From the NCBI GenBank assembly GCA_963748995.1, contig CAVVKU010000017.1, positions 11,609-75,608 on the forward strand: DNA of 64,000 nt, in the 5' to 3' direction. Source of the stretch: an uncultured Gammaproteobacteria bacterium (GTDB taxonomy: Bacteria; Pseudomonadota; Gammaproteobacteria; Steroidobacterales; Steroidobacteraceae). Below the pieces are notes generated by a model. The model had not been told where the DNA came from and made no database searches. It saw only the letters and a list, made by a program, of their open reading frames with translations. Below are positions 28,650-39,300 of this stretch, piece by piece. Positions within the stretch are counted from its first letter, which is position 1. Each line of letters begins with the position of its first letter. Both the position numbers and the translations under genes were made by a program.

Positions 28650-30275
28650 TCAGAAGCTGGTGTTTAGATCGATTTGCAAAGTATCGATCCCCAATGTAGG
28701 ACCGTCGATCGCATTGGAGCTCAGATAGCGAAGCCGCATCCAGATGCGGTTCGCGAGACCGTAGTCGCCGACGAAGTACCAGCCCTTGGCATCCGTTCCG
28801 CCCCAGTGGAAATCGGAGTCCGTGTAAGCGTCGATTACCGCATCTCGCTGCAGATATCGATAGCCGAGCAGCGCGCGCCAGGCGCCTGGGGTGATCACGG
28901 CCGGTGTACCGAAGCTGAGCTCGCCTTGGTAGCCTTTCGTGCGCGGGGCAACGTAGCCACCCACATTGGCCGACACCTCGGCCGTGTTGTAAGCGAGGTT
29001 CCTCACCGCATCAGCCGTGGCCATGAACAGGAACGGTCCCGTTGGAAGCTGATAGGTCAAATTCAGATCCGCGAGCCGATATTTGGCTGCAAGCGCGAAC
29101 AGGAAATCAGACGAGTTGGGCGAGTTGATGATGTTGAAATAGGTGTTCCCCTGGCGCAGGAACTGCGGCGCGGTGTAGTCGTACAGAGGGTTGTCGAGCG
29201 GATTCATGCGCCCGGTCACATTGAAGTAATCGAAGAAGCCGGCATTGAGCAGCAGCCGCTGCCCTTCCGGGGTCAGGCGCAGATTCGCGCCAATCTGGCC
29301 GGCCACCAGATACTTGTCCTGGGTGGAGAGCTCAATGGCCTGCAGCGGGTGGGTGCCGAGCGTGACGAATAGGTGCGATTGCTCGGCACTCCCGTCCCCG
29401 AGCCCGAGCCGTCCGGTGACAGCGGCCCCTTCGAACGTCAAGTCCTTGTGGAAGATCAGGTCCGTCGGCGTTCCGTACGGATTCACGAACTTGCCTCCCA
29501 CCATTGAGAGCCACGGGAATTTTTGCGCGTTGCGCTCATCAAGGCGTATATAGAGCTCGTCGAGGCCGAAGGCGTATGGCGCGGTGCCGTCCAGCGTCTG
29601 AGTCTCGGATACCAGGTCCGAGGTATTGCCGGTCACGACGCGGAATCCAGCGCTGACCGAGTCGGAGATCGAGGAATCCACGCCGAGTCTGGCCCGGCCA
29701 CGAAAGCGTACCTGATCGACGTTCACGTCCTCATACGCATTGTATCCCGCCTGCTGGTAGCCTCCCGCCTGGTTGATCGCGTAATAATTCGGGTAAAAGT
29801 TCAGGACGTTATTCTTGGCGTAGATCACGTCCTCCTCGCGCAACGTCACATTGCCCGAGATGCGGGTGCGACCGAGCCAGTCCGCGAGCGCCCCGGGTAC
29901 GCCCCAGCCTTCCTGCTTCGCATCCTTGACGACGCTGGCCACCACGTCCGGCTTCACCTGGTCGGCGACCTGCTTGGCGATCTCGTCCTTGACGATCTGC
30001 GGCACGTACGGCACGCGCACCGCACCCTCATCGCTCTTTGCGACGGCTGCGGCATCGGCCGCAGCCTTGTCCTGGGCCGCCTTGACCATCTGCTGCGCCT
30101 TGTCGCGCGAGATCACCCCCTGATCGACCAGCGCCTGGAGGAGATTGACGACGGTATTGCGCAGCTCCTCGAGCGATTGCCGCTCGTCCGCCGCATGGCA
30201 GGCAAGCGCGGGCGCCACGGCAAGCGCGACGGATGCCGTCATCGCCCGTACGAGCTTGGCGGTGAACATGTTCAT
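28650..30275 (-). CDS. putative outer-membrane porin with an N-terminal helical region
   Basis: Signal peptide ...LACHA. Helical LEELRNTVVNLLQALVDQGVISRDKAQQMV. Then alternating beta-strand pattern ending ...LQIDLNTSF (aromatic terminus). Confidence 0.65.
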   Translation of the reverse strand: MNMFTAKLVRAMTASVALAVAPALACHAADERQSLEELRNTVVNLLQALVDQGVISRDKAQQMVKAAQDKAAADAAAVAKSDEGAVRVPYVPQIVKDEIAKQVADQVKPDVVASVVKDAKQEGWGVPGALADWLGRTRISGNVTLREEDVIYAKNNVLNFYPNYYAINQAGGYQQAGYNAYEDVNVDQVRFRGRARLGVDSSISDSVSAGFRVVTGNTSDLVSETQTLDGTAPYAFGLDELYIRLDERNAQKFPWLSMVGGKFVNPYGTPTDLIFHKDLTFEGAAVTGRLGLGDGSAEQSHLFVTLGTHPLQAIELSTQDKYLVAGQIGANLRLTPEGQRLLLNAGFFDYFNVTGRMNPLDNPLYDYTAPQFLRQGNTYFNIINSPNSSDFLFALAAKYRLADLNLTYQLPTGPFLFMATADAVRNLAYNTAEVSANVGGYVAPRTKGYQGELSFGTPAVITPGAWRALLGYRYLQRDAVIDAYTDSDFHWGGTDAKGWYFVGDYGLANRIWMRLRYLSSNAIDGPTLGIDTLQIDLNTSF

Positions 30276-30296
30276 GGATCTCCCTTCGATCTCAGG

Positions 30297-30950
30297 TCAA
30301 CTTCTGGAAACGATCTTCAAACTGACCGGTTGCGGCATCTCGAGCGGCGGCGAGTCGGAGAGCTTCAAGAGGGAGCTCAAGTCCGACTCGATCGCCTTGT
30401 CGAGCGTCCCGTCTCCGGTGCTGCTCGACAACTTCACCTGCTTGATGCGCCCGTCCGCCTCGATCCAGACGCGTACCGACAGCGAGAATCTCTTCTGTCC
30501 GAGGCGCGTGTCGGCGGACAGCTTCTCGACAATCACGTCCTTCAGCCGATTCGTGTACCAGGCAAAGGCCGCGTTGCCGTTGCCGCCGACCAGGTCGCTG
30601 CCTCCCGCGCGCGCCGCGAGGCCAAAGGCATCCTCCCCGGCGCCGCCCTGCGCATCGAGCCCGAGGGGTCCGGCCGGCGGCGGTGAGTTGTCGGGCGGCG
30701 GCTCGTCCGGGTTGTCCTTCGGCAGCGCCTCCTCGGTTTTTTCCGGCGGCGGCGGTGGCGGCGGCTGGTCCGGAGGGGGCGGTGGCGGCGGGCGGATGAT
30801 CTGCACGGTCTGAATCTGCCGGTCGGGCTTGCCGGTCTTTGCCGCCATCATGGTGCGCACAAACCACACGAATCCCACCAGCAGCAAGAGCGCGAGCGCC
30901 CCGCCGACGAGGCGCGCGAGGTAGCGTCGTTCCCTGCCCTTGCCGGCCAT
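30297..30950 (-). CDS. TonB-family energy transducer
   Basis: N-terminal TM anchor, proline-rich spacer IIRPPPPPPPDQPPPPPPPEKTEE, and a C-terminal TonB_C-like domain. Confidence 0.8.
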   Translation of the reverse strand: MAGKGRERRYLARLVGGALALLLLVGFVWFVRTMMAAKTGKPDRQIQTVQIIRPPPPPPPDQPPPPPPPEKTEEALPKDNPDEPPPDNSPPPAGPLGLDAQGGAGEDAFGLAARAGGSDLVGGNGNAAFAWYTNRLKDVIVEKLSADTRLGQKRFSLSVRVWIEADGRIKQVKLSSSTGDGTLDKAIESDLSSLLKLSDSPPLEMPQPVSLKIVSRS

Positions 30951-30956
30951 GCGGCG

Positions 30957-31370
30957 CTACTTGACGATGCGCTGGGTGACTAGCCCAAGCTGGGTGATGT
31001 CGAGCTTGCCGACCACATCGAGCACGTCGATCACCTTCTGATATGACACCGTCGAATCAGCCTTGACGATGACCGGAAGCGCCGGATTAACCGCCTTGTA
31101 CTGGCGCAGCAAGTCCTCGAGCTCGGGCAGCGTGACCGGATAGGTGTCGAGGTACATGGTGCCGTCCGCCGTGATGGTGATCGCCTTGGTCTGCGGCTTC
31201 GCGAGCGAGGGGGTGTCGCTCGCCTTCGGCAGATTCACCTTGATGCCCTGCACCGAGGCGGTGGTCATGATGATGAAGATCACCATGAGCACGTAGGCGA
31301 GATCCAGCATGGGGGTGATGTTGATGTCGTCGTAGACATCCTTGTCGCCGCCGTCGATGGATCCGGACAC
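30957..31370 (-). CDS. exbD: ExbD/TolR-family biopolymer transport protein
   Basis: GTG start 10 nt after the exbB-like stop, with AGGAG overlapping that stop. DINITPMLDLAYVLMVIFIIM... Confidence 0.85.
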   Translation of the reverse strand: MSGSIDGGDKDVYDDINITPMLDLAYVLMVIFIIMTTASVQGIKVNLPKASDTPSLAKPQTKAITITADGTMYLDTYPVTLPELEDLLRQYKAVNPALPVIVKADSTVSYQKVIDVLDVVGKLDITQLGLVTQRIVK

Positions 31371-31380
31371 GATGGCGCTC

Positions 31381-33189
31381 CTAGCTGTACTGCTCGGCGA
31401 GCCGCGTGACGAACTCGTCGACGAACACACGGTTGTCCGCGCCGATGCCCTTGATGCGTGTGTTCAGCCAGTTGTAGCCGAACAGCGCGGGGATGGCCAC
31501 GGACAGGCCCGCAACCGTCGCGGCGAGCGCGGCCGCGGTGCCCGGCGCAATGGCGTTGATGTTGACGTCGCCCGAGAGCGCGATGGCGGCGAAAGTGATC
31601 ATGACACCGATGACGGTGCCGAGCAGTCCCAGGAACGGGCCGCCGGAGATCGCAATGGTCAGGAGCACCATCTGACTCGAGAGGCGTTGCTGCAAGCGCG
31701 TCTGGGTCGCATCCATGGTCGCGCGGATGGCGTCGATGGACTGCGGGGACAGCACGGCGAGGTGCGCGGCGCTCACGGTCTGCCCGGCAACGCGCTTCTG
31801 CGCTTCCCGCACGCCTTGATGGTAAAGCCGATACAGGGTCGAAGCGCCGTACTTTCCCTTGTTCGAGGACAACTCGGGCGCCCCATCAAGATCCTCCTCG
31901 GCGCCCTCGCCCGGGTTGTCGAGCGCCGTGGCATCGCCGCTCAGCTTGTGAAAATCGGCGAGAAACCGCCGATTGGCGCGCTCGACCCGCGACAGAAAAA
32001 ACGCCTTGATGACCATGATGATGAGCGCGATCACCAGCATCGCCATGCAGATGCCGATCACCACCCAGCCGTCGACGGTCAGATTCTTGGCGATGGTCAC
32101 GAAGTAGGAGCCCTGTCCGCCGCTCTCACGCTGGCCGTCGGCGCCGTAGACCAACAGGTTGCCGTCCATCCCCTGACTGCGCGCGCCCGCCTTGATCCAA
32201 TCCGCGGAGCGCGCCGTCTTGGACACCTCGACCTCGTCGATCTCGCCGGTGAAAAACCGGGCGCCGGCCGCCGCACCGATGGTCAACTCGCCGCCAAGCT
32301 CTACGGGCGTGACCGGCGCGCTTCCCGCGAGTGCACCGTCGACGTACAGCGTGAGCTTGCCGTTGCCGACGCTTAACGCGACGTGGTGCCACTGCCCGAA
32401 ACTCAAGTCGGCGCCCTGCGTCACCGTCACCGGCACCCCGCCGAAATTCGCGCGCGCGACGACGCGCGCCCCGTCCAGCGCGAGCTCGAGCGATTTCCCC
32501 TGCTCGCTCAGCGCGATGAGCACGGCCTGTTGCGCCTGGGCGGCACGCACCCATGCAGATGCCGTGAACCCCTGGCTCGGCACGAGGCGCAGCGACGCGC
32601 TCGCCGGCACCGTGATGCTCTCCTTGCCGGAGAACTTGGCCTCGCCACCGATCAGACCGGCCGGCGAAAGTTCTGCGGTGGAAGCCGAGGGGTCGTTCTT
32701 GTACGCGGTCGAGTCCTTCGGCGGGCTCGAGGCGTCGGAGAAGGAGAGCACCAGCGTTTGCGCGACATCGTAGGTACCGGCCACGTCGGCACCGGGCGGC
32801 GCATCGGTGTTGCCATAGTAGGCGTAAATCTTGTCGCTCTTCGCACCGCCGGCCAGTTGCGGCACGCGCACCCACAACAGCGCCATCTGATCCTGCGGGT
32901 CGTACTTCTCGAAATGGTATTTGAGCGGTGTCTTGTCGTCGCCGCCGACCAGGCGAAAGTCGGAGCCGTCGGGCTTGGTGTCGTTGAAGTAGCCAAAGTT
33001 CGCGAGCGAGAGCCGCACGAGCGCCGGTGCGTCCTGCACCGGGCCCGCGATGTCGGCGCCCGTCGGCGACAGATCGAAGCTGATCTCCTTGCGGTACTTC
33101 CAGTCATTGTTCCACCACGAGCCGGCGGCAAGCGCCAACACGGGCGCGAGCATCATCGCTATCGCAGCTCTACGAGCCCAACGGTTCAT
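31381..33189 (-). CDS. DUF2341 + LamG-like + MotA/TolQ/ExbB proton-channel fusion protein (602 aa)
   Basis: Start at MNRWARRAAIAMMLAPVLALA (signal). WKYRKEISFDL...LWVRVPQL...IYAYYGNTDA (DUF2341-like). GQWHHVALSVGNGKLTLYVDG...FTGEIDEVEVS (LamG-like). C-terminal ExbB core GGPFLGLLGTVIGVMITF... Confidence 0.8.
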   Translation of the reverse strand: MNRWARRAAIAMMLAPVLALAAGSWWNNDWKYRKEISFDLSPTGADIAGPVQDAPALVRLSLANFGYFNDTKPDGSDFRLVGGDDKTPLKYHFEKYDPQDQMALLWVRVPQLAGGAKSDKIYAYYGNTDAPPGADVAGTYDVAQTLVLSFSDASSPPKDSTAYKNDPSASTAELSPAGLIGGEAKFSGKESITVPASASLRLVPSQGFTASAWVRAAQAQQAVLIALSEQGKSLELALDGARVVARANFGGVPVTVTQGADLSFGQWHHVALSVGNGKLTLYVDGALAGSAPVTPVELGGELTIGAAAGARFFTGEIDEVEVSKTARSADWIKAGARSQGMDGNLLVYGADGQRESGGQGSYFVTIAKNLTVDGWVVIGICMAMLVIALIIMVIKAFFLSRVERANRRFLADFHKLSGDATALDNPGEGAEEDLDGAPELSSNKGKYGASTLYRLYHQGVREAQKRVAGQTVSAAHLAVLSPQSIDAIRATMDATQTRLQQRLSSQMVLLTIAISGGPFLGLLGTVIGVMITFAAIALSGDVNINAIAPGTAAALAATVAGLSVAIPALFGYNWLNTRIKGIGADNRVFVDEFVTRLAEQYS

Positions 33190-33257
33190 GCCATCCTTCT
33201 TGAGTGGAAATTTGGATGAGTTTGTCCGGCCATTGTGGCCGCGATGCGTGATTGTTT

Positions 33258-33283
33258 TGTTACACATCTGTCTGTTACACATC
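33258..33283 (-). repeat. 11-bp direct repeat (15-bp period) in the tpsA / exbB-like intergenic region
   Basis: The plus strand reads tgttacacatc at 33258-33268 and again at 33273-33283. The coding strand reads GATGTGTAACA x2. Flanked by small hairpins CCGGC-T-GCCGG and GGCCA-CAA-TGGCC. Confidence 0.6.
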
Positions 33284-33307
33284 GATTCACGCCGGCAGCC
33301 GGTTGTC

Positions 33308-36300
33308 TCATTGCGGCCGCGCCTTCGTGCCTTCGTGTTTGAGGCACTCGAGGTCATCCGGCTTGCAATCCGCTTCGCCGAGGCCGGTGACGAAGACGTT
33401 TAGCCAGCCGATCGCCGCGTCAGCCACCGGCGTGCCGCCGGAATTTCCGGACGAGGCATTGAAGTTCTCCGCCGCGGCCGCGGTCGATCCTGCCGTCGAG
33501 GAGGCCCCGGCGAAGTTCGCGCCGAGTGCAGGCGGCGCGAGCGGCACGCCGACCGAAGTGCCGGAGACGGTGATGTTGTTCGCGCCGATGACCGCCGTCG
33601 CCGCGACCGTCAGATTGCCGGCAACGATGCCGGCATCCCCGGCATTGACCACCCCGCGCGGCGCGAACAGGTACACATTCCCGGGGCTCACGCCGGGCGT
33701 GGCCGCGAGCGCTTCGATACCGCTGCCCGCGATCGCCGCCCGCAGGCTCGTGGTCGGCTGTCCGTTGCTGTCGTAGGCGATGTTGACCTCGGGCGCGGAG
33801 ATCGAGGTTTTTGCGCCGGCCCCGGCATCGATGTTGCCGTCGGTGCTCCACACGGTGATGTCGCCGCCATTGGCCGCGAACAGGCGCGACTGGTCGATCT
33901 GCAGGTCTCCGTAGGTGAAGGTGCTGACGTTACCCGTGGTCGCCGCGACGATGCCGAGCTGATCGGGCTGCTTGTCGATGCCGAAGCTCGCCGGTGCCAG
34001 CGCGAGTCCTGCGTCGATGCCGCCGCCGGGAGCGAGCAGGGAAACGTTGCCACCCTGCTCGGTGTAAATCTGGCTGAAGTAGAGGTTGATATTGCCCTGG
34101 TAGGGGTTGGTCGACCCGGCCGCCGGGTTGGCGCCCGGGAACAGCTTGCTGATCGCCGCGAACGCGCCGCTGAAATCGCCGTTCCCGGACGCGGCCTCCT
34201 TGCTGCCGTAGTATTGCAACAGGTCGAAGAACAGGTCCTCGACGTAGACGCGCTGCAGCTCGGGACCGATCGCATTGAAGATCCGCTTCGCCTGTGCGGC
34301 CGTCAGGCCGCTGAGGTTGTCGATGCTCTCGATGTAGGAAGTCAGATTCGAATCGAACTGGCTCGAATTGTCGATGTAAGTATTGATGAAGGCAGCATAT
34401 TGCGCGGGCGACGCGGCGCCGATGCCGGCTTGTACGCTGATGTTCGCACCCGTCGAAGGCAGGACCGGATTCACGAGATTGGCGCGGGTGATGATGCCGT
34501 TCGAGGTGCCCAGGTTCACGTTGCCGCCGGCGGTGAGCTCGAGCTCGCCCGGTCCGTCGATCGCGATGCCGCTCGCGTCCGCCAGCACCTGCCCGCTCGC
34601 CACGCGCTCCTGTGGGTAGGTGACGTTGCCGCCGGCGAGGATCGAGGTGACATCCGATGAGCTCAGATTCTGCGCGACGAGATTGAGGCCCGAGATGTCC
34701 CCGCCCGCGACGATCTGTACGGGCTTAGCGGCCCAGATTCCATCGGGCGTACCGGTGCTCAACGGGAAATCGATGCTGCCGTTCAGCGCAACGATGCGCA
34801 CCGGCTGAAGAGTGCCCGCTGCATCGGCGGCGGCGTAGATGGGGACCGCAGCGTGCTGATCGGGCAGAGTCAAAGACAGCGCGCCCTCGATATCGCTATA
34901 GATGCCGAGTCCGTTCTGATTGACAGGGGAGCCCGCGGAGGGAAGGCCGCGCGGATCCGCGTCCGGGACGATCAGCACGTCGGCACTGCCAACCGTGATG
35001 TTCTGATTCGCAAAAACCTGCAGATTACCGCTCGACGACGGCGACGTGACGAGGCTGCGGCTTATATTGACGTTGCCGCTGAGCGCCACCAGATTGACCG
35101 AGGACGGCAGCGTGTCGAGCACGCCCCCGCCGCCGGGGGGGAACGGCTGCACGCCATTTGCCGAGAGAAATGAGCTCGAGATCGCGTTCCCGACGGCAAT
35201 CGACTCATCATCGAGCGTCACGCTGCCGCCGACCGCCGTCAAATTCGCCGAGGAGTCCGCGCCATAGGTCGAGAAATATACGGGAGCGGGGGTGACCGGT
35301 TGAAAGATGCCCTGCGCGAGCAAGGTGGGATTGAAGATTTCGGCCACCTGCACGTTGCCGCGTGCCGTGACCGCGAGACTCGCATCGCCGAGGCCGATGA
35401 TGGGCGCCGCCCCTGCCGTGCCGCCGTTGAGGGTCGCGGGTGTCGGGCCCACGTCCGCACCGGCGATCAAGCTCAGTTGACCCCGGCCCACATCGTAGCT
35501 GCCTCCGAGGATCGAGCCGCCCGCGGCGACGATGAGATTGCCGCCGCCGAACACCTCCGGCGCACTCACGCCCGCAATGGCCCCCCCGACCGGCACGCCG
35601 ACCGTGGCGATGGACACCGAGAGATTGTCGATGTCACCGCCGGCTCGGATCGCGACGTTGCCGCCGGCCAGGGCGCCGATGCCCTGCTGGAAATCCTGGA
35701 AATTGGTGGTCCAGGACGTCGCCAGGGCGGGAGCGATGCCATCGTTGACCGCCGAGCCCAGGCGCCACTGCCAGGCATTCACGAATTGATCGGTGGGCGC
35801 ACCGAGCACATCCCCGGCGACGCTCACCTGGATGTCGCCGCCGCCGATCGGATAGGCAAGCGGCGGCGCACTGCCGCGGCCCAAGCGGCCGGTGGAGAAC
35901 ATCACCCCCGGCTCGGCGACGCCGGCCGTGTAGAGCAGCGCCGCCTGGCTGCCGAGAACCAGATCTCCCGACGCGCTCACGTCGATGAACCCATCGCCGG
36001 TTCGCACCATCGTGGGCGCATAGTCGCGGCTCGTGACGGCGCTCGTTGCACCGATCGATGCCGCGCAGAGCGCGTCACAAAGGGTCACGGTGCCCGGATT
36101 CGCGGCATTCGGTGCGAGCACCGCCTGCGGATCCGCTGCCGTGAAGTCCGCACCCGCGACGATGCGATAGGACCACGAATCCGATGCCGTGGTCGGCAGG
36201 GTGAATGCGCCGGTCCCGGAGGTCGCGGCGAACCCGTCGGAGAGCGAGGCATCGAATGTGATCCCGCCCTGCGCGCGCAAGGTCAAGACTCCCGGCACGT

Positions 36301-39300
36301 TGTCCGCGCCGAAGCGCCAGGTATAAAGATTCCAGGGGGTGTTCAGGGTCAGGGCACCGGTGGGATTCGCCGCACTTACCGCCGCGTCGATCTCGACGCC
36401 GGGCTCGAGCTCGAAGCCGCAATTGCAGGCGCTCGCGGCCGCCGCGGTGATCGCTGCAGCGGGCCCTGTCGAGGCGGCCGTCATGAACGCCGTTGCGTCG
36501 GACTGATACGTGCTCATGTCCTGACTCTCGATCACCCCACTCGTATTTTGATATACGTGATTTGCCACCAGGGCGGTGCGGCTCGCGCCCGCGATCCGAC
36601 CTGCCAGCGCTATTCCGCCGGTGCCGTCGAGCCAGCTCTGCACGGTGGCGAGCGGGGCGCTCAGCAAGACGCTCCCGCCCGCGCCGGCGGCGCCGTCCGC
36701 GCTCGGACCCGCGCCGCTCACGTTGATCGTCGAGCCGGCGTTGACGAGGATCTGGCTCGTGCCGCTGCCGGCCGCGGCGTCCCCGCTTTCGAGCGTCACG
36801 GTGCCGCCGCCTTGGCCCGCGAGCGTCGCATGCGCATCGATGCTGCCGTTGACGATCACGTTGTTCGCGGCTGCCAGCACGACCTGGCCGCCATGGGCGC
36901 CGGAGGCATCGATCAGGGCGCCCGCATTTACGAGCACGCTACCCTGGTCGGCCTCGAGCTCGACCTGCGAGGCGGTGACCGCATTGGCATCGTTGCTGCC
37001 GGCCGCAAGAACCTCCAAGTCCCCGGGCCCGCGTAGGCGCGCCGTGCGGGCGCCGGTGAAGCCGCCGGCGTTGAGCAGTAAATTGAGTGCATCGAAATCG
37101 AACGCCCGAGCGTCGATGCTGAAGGATCCGCCCTCGCCTGCGGTGCCTGACCCCGCCAGGTTGCCCGCCACCACGACGCTGCCCCCCGTTCCGCCGGTTC
37201 CAGGCGCGGACAATGAGAGCGAGCCGGCCTCGCCGCCCTTGCCGGCGCTGACATCGATGCTGCTGCCGCTTGCGAGCGTGATATTGCCGGCAGATGCGAG
37301 CAATACGGACCCGCCGGGGCTCGCGACCGACACGCCGTCGTACTGCTGAACAACTCCGGCGACATTGATCGAGCCACCGCTCTCGATCGACAGATCCCCG
37401 CTCGTCGAGGTCAGGCCCACACGCCCGGAGGGCAGCTCGATCTCCGTGGCCACGTCGATGCTGGAGCCCGTCACGCTCAAGGAACCACCGAGAGCCGCCG
37501 CCGCAAGCGCCGTGCGCTTTGCCGGCGCCAGCAGCGATACCGCGCCGTTTGCCGTCATTGAGAGCGAAACGTCGGCTGCGGTGGTGATCTGTGAAGCGCT
37601 CAGCGACAGGCTCCCGGCGGTGCCCAACGCGCTGCTGGCGGTGGCCGTCAATGCGTCGGTGGCGCGCAGGACGACCAGATCGAATCCGCTCGCCGTCACC
37701 GACCCGCCGTTGAGAATGATATTTGCTGCGTCCAGCCGCAGCGTCCCCGTGCCCGCGCTGCCGGCTGCGAAACTCGTTCCTTGGCTGTTCTGCAGCGTGA
37801 TCGACTTGCTTGCGTTGAGCGTCGCCACATCGTTGGTGCCGACATCGACGAACCCCGGCGCATCCACGATGATGTCCGAGGCATTGGCCGTCACGCTGCC
37901 GTTCATGTCGATCGGCGCCGCGCTTACCAGCAACAGGCTGCGCAGGCTCGCGCTGCCCAGCAGCGCCGAGCTCAGCAGCGTACCCGTCGTGTTGGGCACG
38001 GCGTTGCCGAGGAGAATGCCCGAGGATTGCACCGCGAGATCCCCGCCGGCGAGCGACAAATGGCCCGCCGTCGCCACGTTGTCCGTGGCCTCGAGGTACA
38101 CCGAGCCGCCCGGAGCGGCGAGCGTCGAGCCGGCGGCGAGATCCAGGATGCCAGCCTGGCCTGCGGGGTTTACTCGCGTAACCGTACTCTGCAGCCCAGC
38201 GCTCACATTCAGGAATGCGCCATCGCCGGTAAGCGAAAAGATTTGGGAGCCAGGCGCCGATCCAGCCGCGGTGACGGAAGCGCCGCCCTCGACGGTCACC
38301 TGGTTCAGCGCCGTGAGTATCACATCGGGTGCGGTTAGGGCGGCGCCGGAGCCGATCTGCACAGTCTGGGCTGTCGTCGTGATGGAACCGGCGTTGTTCA
38401 AGCCGCCGAGGAGCAACGTCTGTGCGCCGAGGGCGTCGAGGCTCCCTGCGGTCAACACGATCTGCCCGGCCTGGCCGGCTACGGCGGTCGGTGCGACCAG
38501 GATATCGGCGCTCGAGATGTCCACCTCGGCGCCAAGGCCGCCCTTCGGCGCCGTCGTGTCGAGCGCTCCGCCCAGCGTCAGTGCGTCGCTCGCGACCAGC
38601 GCAAGCACGCCGCTGTCGAGCGGCAGGCGCGGCGACGACACGTGGGCGCTTTGCGCCTGATTCGCGAAGAACTCATTCGCGCTCGTGATCGTGTACTGCG
38701 CCTGTTGAAGTACGATGGAGGCTGGAACGACCTCGAAACCGCCAGTCCGCGATTCGCCGTATGAGCCGCCGAACGGCGTGCCCGCGACCGTCTGGTATCC
38801 GGAAATGATGTCGCCGCCGCCCAGCACCGGTATCACCTGACTGCTCTGGATATCCTGATAGCCGGAAGCCTGGGTCACGAGGAACGCGCCGGGCAGCAGC
38901 GCATAGCGCGCCGGCAGCAGCGTGTAGACTCCGGCGGCCAGTCCCTGCATCCCCGAGAGATAGACCGAATCCCCGACCTGCAGGGTCGTGCCGTTGGAGA
39001 TGTTCGGATCGTATGGCGACACCCCGCCGCGCAAGCTCGGCAGGATCGCGAATTGTCCGGGGCGGCCCCCGTTCGTGGAGCTATTCGACAGCACGTCATT
39101 CGTGCCGCCGGTGCCGTCGACCCATTCATAAGCCTCGAGGTCACCGCCGCCCGCCACGTCGATGGTGGCGCCCTTGTTTACATTGACTTTCGCGCCTCGC
39201 AAGGTGACCTGCTGAGACGGCGGGGCGATGCCGTCCGTGCCGTAAATCACGGAGTTGCCATTCGGCAGCGGGTATACCCAGTCGATGCCGCCTTGGGTGG

